From positions 1,600,001 to 1,664,000 of the forward strand of contig CBDCDS010000003.1 in assembly GCA_965215365.1 (NCBI GenBank): a DNA stretch of 64,000 nucleotides, in the 5' to 3' direction. A program made the translations under genes and the position numbers. The notes below the pieces were generated by a model that had not been told where the DNA came from, searched no databases, and saw nothing but the letters and a program-made list of their open reading frames with translations. The DNA comes from Gammaproteobacteria bacterium (GTDB lineage: Bacteria > Pseudomonadota > Gammaproteobacteria > Eutrophobiales > Eutrophobiaceae). Positions 60,805 to 64,000 of the stretch are shown piece by piece (positions within the stretch are counted from its first letter, which is position 1; every line of letters starts with the position of its first letter).

Positions 60805-60952
60805 TAAAATCTCCATTAACTCAAAGGTCCGAGTATTCCACGTATCCACTACAACTCGCATTGCGTAACGGTAGCAGGCCTGGCGCATTCAGTCAATATC
60901 GATAGTGTTAACACGCCCTAGTTTGCTGCCCGGTGCTGCGGCTTGTGTGCGG

Positions 60953-61578
60953 TTACTGGATGGTACCGTCGGTCTGCCCCCCCTCGTTGACCGTCGCGCA
61001 GCCCTTGCCGCCCATGAACAGGAAGTAGGCGCTGCCAGCGTGCGTCCATTGGGCGTTTTCAGGCGGCGTGAACACCGGCACCACCAGCTCGCCGGGGCCC
61101 TGGTTGATATTGGCGGGATTGCGGTTGGTCCAGATGTGGGCGCCAGCCTTGGGCCGCACCTCGATGAGGTTCTCACCGAGCGCGCCGCCGGAAAAATTGA
61201 TGGCTCTTATTCCACCATCCGGGTTTCTCCAGCGGTTTCCGCCTATAGCCTGAGTCCGCCACTCCCAGTCGCCGAAAGTGGAGTTGAAATCATTCTGTGA
61301 GCGAATGAGACCGATGTTGAGGTTGAAGCTTCGCCGCGTCACATTGGGGTTGTTGGACGAGAGGGTCAGCACCATGCGTCCGGGCGTGGCGTGGTCGCCG
61401 CAGCCGTCTACGACTTGAGAGACCGATGCAAGCGAGACGGTGCAGATGTTAGAGTTGCATGGGGGGGGCGTTTGCGCCTGCACGGTTCCTGCAAGCAGCC
61501 CGAAGCACGTCATTGCGGTCGCCGCGAGGGCCGTCAGTCTAGCGGGGGGGGGGGGGGTAAAAGGGTAAATAGTTTCAT
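60953..61578 (-). CDS. Hypothetical secreted protein; leader frameshifted at a C14 tract (putative phase-OFF)
   Basis: AGGAGAG RBS and ATG 61578; C14 gives stop at codon 15, C12 or C15 joins it to ORF 61513-60953 with signal ending VQA/Q. Confidence 0.7.
61544..61557. repeat. G14 homopolymer
   Basis: Direct count. Confidence 0.95.
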
Positions 61579-61662
61579 TATCTCTCTCCTGATGATTGGG
61601 TGGGGTACCTCAATGTCGAGTCCTACCACAATGGCCAGAGAAAGTCAACACTTTTCGATCTT

Positions 61663-63351
61663 CCCAAATCCCGCGATAGAGATTTGAAACAGGCACTTGG
61701 GGTGTATTTTGCTGGTTGGTAGTGCCTGTTTACCGGCAATCGGCTATAAGCTACCCGGATACCGGGGAGGTTGACCGTAGTCTGGTGTCGGATTGGGGTC
61801 ATATCTGGCGCCTGACCCGGTGCTGTCCGACAACACGGACAGGGGGACCCGTCCCCGGCTGGCCGGGGGGATGGCAAGTGCATGACTTGGCGCGGCTACG
61901 CCGCGTGGGGGAGTGGCGGCGGCCGCTCTGGCGGAGCTAACGCCGCCAGCAGGGTCTTAATCAGATCGGCCTGGTCGGTGCGAAACTTCACAAACACCCG
62001 GCGCGCATGGGACACTACCTTGGCGGCTAAGGCCACCACTCGCCAACGGAAGGTGGGCGCCCGGCAGGTGTGCCATTCGGGCGGCAGGGAGTGACGCAGC
62101 AGCACAAACAGGTTATAGGCGGTCACACACAGGTGGAAGTACAGGGCATTGGCATCAAACTGGCCGCACGGCAGGCGCTCGCCGGCGAAGTCACACTTTA
62201 ATTCCTTAATCCGGTTCTCCGAGTCCTCCCCGCGCCGGTTGTACCAGTGGACTATTTCGCTGTCAGTCAAGGTGTCTCGATTCGTTGCCAACGCCCGGTA
62301 GATATAGCGCCCATCGGTCATCGTGGTCGTATCATCCGGCCCGTTCTCATTCTCACCGAAGTCCAGGCACCGTTGCCCACGCTTGCGATAACGCTGCACC
62401 ACCAGCGTGAAGGGGGTCGGGTGCTTGTCCATCGCCCACACGCCCCGACACGTATCCTGCCCAGCCACCACCGCCCCCTCCCGCACGAGCGGCGCCCAAG
62501 CCGACTCCGGGCGCTCGGCTATCCACGCCTTCATGGACTGACTGCGCTTGGCCCGTATCGCGTATTCCAGCTTATGGGTCTGGCAATAGGCCAACACCGC
62601 CCCCTGATACCCCGCCGCATCGACCCGCAGGTGCGTCACACGCACCCCCGCCGGCAACCCCGCCACACAGGTCTTGATAAACCCCGCATTGTCCTCAGCC
62701 GGGGGGACATTCCCAGCCCGGAACGCACACCCTACCACCTGCCCGGTCTCGCTGATATGCCCCAGCATCGGCATATAGCCCCGCTCCCCCAGATACGTCC
62801 GCCGTGCCTCGCGCTTATCCGCCAGCGCCGGCGTGGCGTCAATGTCCAAGGTCACCTCGCTACAGCCCCGCAAGGTCAGTCCCACCAAACGCCGGTTTAT
62901 CGCTGCCAACGCCTCGATGCCTACCTCGTCTTCACCCAGGCGCCGCAACCAATCCCCCAGCATGTCGGCGCTCGGCAAGCGTCGCAACCCCAGCAGCTTA
63001 CGCAACGCCCGGTCCTCACGAATATGACGTACATCCTCTAAACAACGCGCCCCCTCGTGCAGCATCAGCATCCATAACGTCACCACCTCAGCAGGGGGGT
63101 AGCCCCGGTTGCTGCCAGGCCGGGGAAATGCCTGCTCAACCCAGGATGAAAACCCAATCCGCCGCATCAGTTCGGCCACACACAACAACCCGCCGCGACC
63201 GGTCAATAAATCATTGGTCTTTGCTATGGTATAAGGTAAGATGTGCATAAGCCTTGCCTGTTGCACCCATCGGGTGATAGTCATAAGGTTCACAAGACAT
63301 TATACAGACAAGGCTTTTTTCATTCTTGGACTTTCTAAGGCGGGATTAGGG
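61663..63351 (-). mobile_element. IS1380-family element with 6-bp TSD gatctt
   Basis: IRs cccaaatcccgcgataga / tctaaggcgggattaggg; gatctt at 61657-61662 and 63352-63357. Confidence 0.88.
61896..63293 (-). CDS. IS1380-family transposase (DDE_Tnp_1_4); likely start at 63248
   Basis: LTGRGGL, TLDIDAT, RVDAAGY, YNRRGEDSENRIKELK, FDANA. Confidence 0.9.
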   Translation of the reverse strand: MNLMTITRWVQQARLMHILPYTIAKTNDLLTGRGGLLCVAELMRRIGFSSWVEQAFPRPGSNRGYPPAEVVTLWMLMLHEGARCLEDVRHIREDRALRKLLGLRRLPSADMLGDWLRRLGEDEVGIEALAAINRRLVGLTLRGCSEVTLDIDATPALADKREARRTYLGERGYMPMLGHISETGQVVGCAFRAGNVPPAEDNAGFIKTCVAGLPAGVRVTHLRVDAAGYQGAVLAYCQTHKLEYAIRAKRSQSMKAWIAERPESAWAPLVREGAVVAGQDTCRGVWAMDKHPTPFTLVVQRYRKRGQRCLDFGENENGPDDTTTMTDGRYIYRALATNRDTLTDSEIVHWYNRRGEDSENRIKELKCDFAGERLPCGQFDANALYFHLCVTAYNLFVLLRHSLPPEWHTCRAPTFRWRVVALAAKVVSHARRVFVKFRTDQADLIKTLLAALAPPERPPPLPHAA

Positions 63352-64000
63352 GATCTTTCTCTCGATCTCTCTCTCGCATGCGCTGGCGGCGCCTGTGGTC
63401 GCCGGGCACCGGCACTGCGTCCAGTAGCGTGCGGGTGTAGTCGTGCTGCGGGCGTAAAATGACCTCTTCCGTGCTGCCGCGTTCCACTATTTTGCCCTGA
63501 TACATGACCAGGATCTGCTCTGACAGTTGCCGCACCACGCTCAGGTCGTGGGAGATGAACAGGTAGGCAATGCCGTAACGGGTTTGCAGGCGGCGCAGCA
63601 GGTCGATGATCTGTGCCTGGATGCTCACGTCCAAGGCGCTGACGGCCTCGTCGCAGACGATGAACTTAGGTTCCAGCGACAAGGCTCTGGCGATGTTGAG
63701 GCGTTGGCGCTCGCCGCCGGAGAACTCAAACGGATAGCGGTTGGCCATGTCCGCGCTCAGTTCAACTGCTTCTAGCAGTTGCACGGCCTGGTCCTGTTTG
63801 GGCAGGTCCAGCAGGCCGTGTTCCTGCAAACCTTCGGTGAGGAGGTCCTGCGCCGTCATGCGCGGGTTCAGCGCAGTGTAGGGGTCCTGGAAGATCATCT
63901 GCAGGTGGCGTCGCCAGGGTTTCAGGCGGCGTTTGCTCAGGCCGCCCAGCTCCGTGCCGGTAGGCGCGTCCGTGCCGGTAAAGACGATACTGCCGTCGTT
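63335..64000 (-). CDS. Peptide ABC transporter ATP-binding protein (OppF/DppF-like), 3' part; stop supplied by IS1380 end
   Basis: QMIFQDP, FSGGERQR, CDEAVSALDVS, ISHDL, HDYTRTLL. Confidence 0.88.
   Translation of the reverse strand, partial: NDGSIVFTGTDAPTGTELGGLSKRRLKPWRRHLQMIFQDPYTALNPRMTAQDLLTEGLQEHGLLDLPKQDQAVQLLEAVELSADMANRYPFEFSGGERQRLNIARALSLEPKFIVCDEAVSALDVSIQAQIIDLLRRLQTRYGIAYLFISHDLSVVRQLSEQILVMYQGKIVERGSTEEVILRPQHDYTRTLLDAVPVPGDHRRRQRMRERDREKDPLIPP

Overview
Chromosomal window of a GC-rich gammaproteobacterium. The 5' end carries a sat (ATP sulfurylase) of the sulfur-oxidizer type. The heavy load of IS elements, small repeats and solo AAA ATPases resembles host-associated (e.g. 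sponge-symbiont) genomes, which is an inference. The backbone is housekeeping: tesA/ybbAP, hemH, ychF-pth-rplY-prs-tRNA-Gln, mtnA, phnW, rmuC, yceIJ, rnpB, gcvT-gcvP (no gcvH), rsmI-lpoA-yraN-gmhA/diaA-dolP, petABC-sspA, bamD, nadE, sucCD, suhB, trmJ, an RND efflux operon, NAD-dependent formate dehydrogenase, fabI and an opp-type ABC operon. Five IS copies have identifiable ends and target-site duplications; one disrupts tesA. The most unusual signal is a ~150-bp non-coding mobile repeat (family A, NGNNNCCTCTA termini, 4-bp TSDs) made of five hairpins that covary between copies. Two of its loops match the CsrA/RsmA ANGGA binding motif. Its derivatives, a second MITE family and REP-like repeats supply the start or end of several core genes. 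Also notable are a G14 tract that puts a novel secreted protein out of frame, two membrane-anchored tandem-repeat coiled-coil genes placed at the head of operons, and remnants of toxin-antitoxin, type III R-M, IS66 and ATPase genes.
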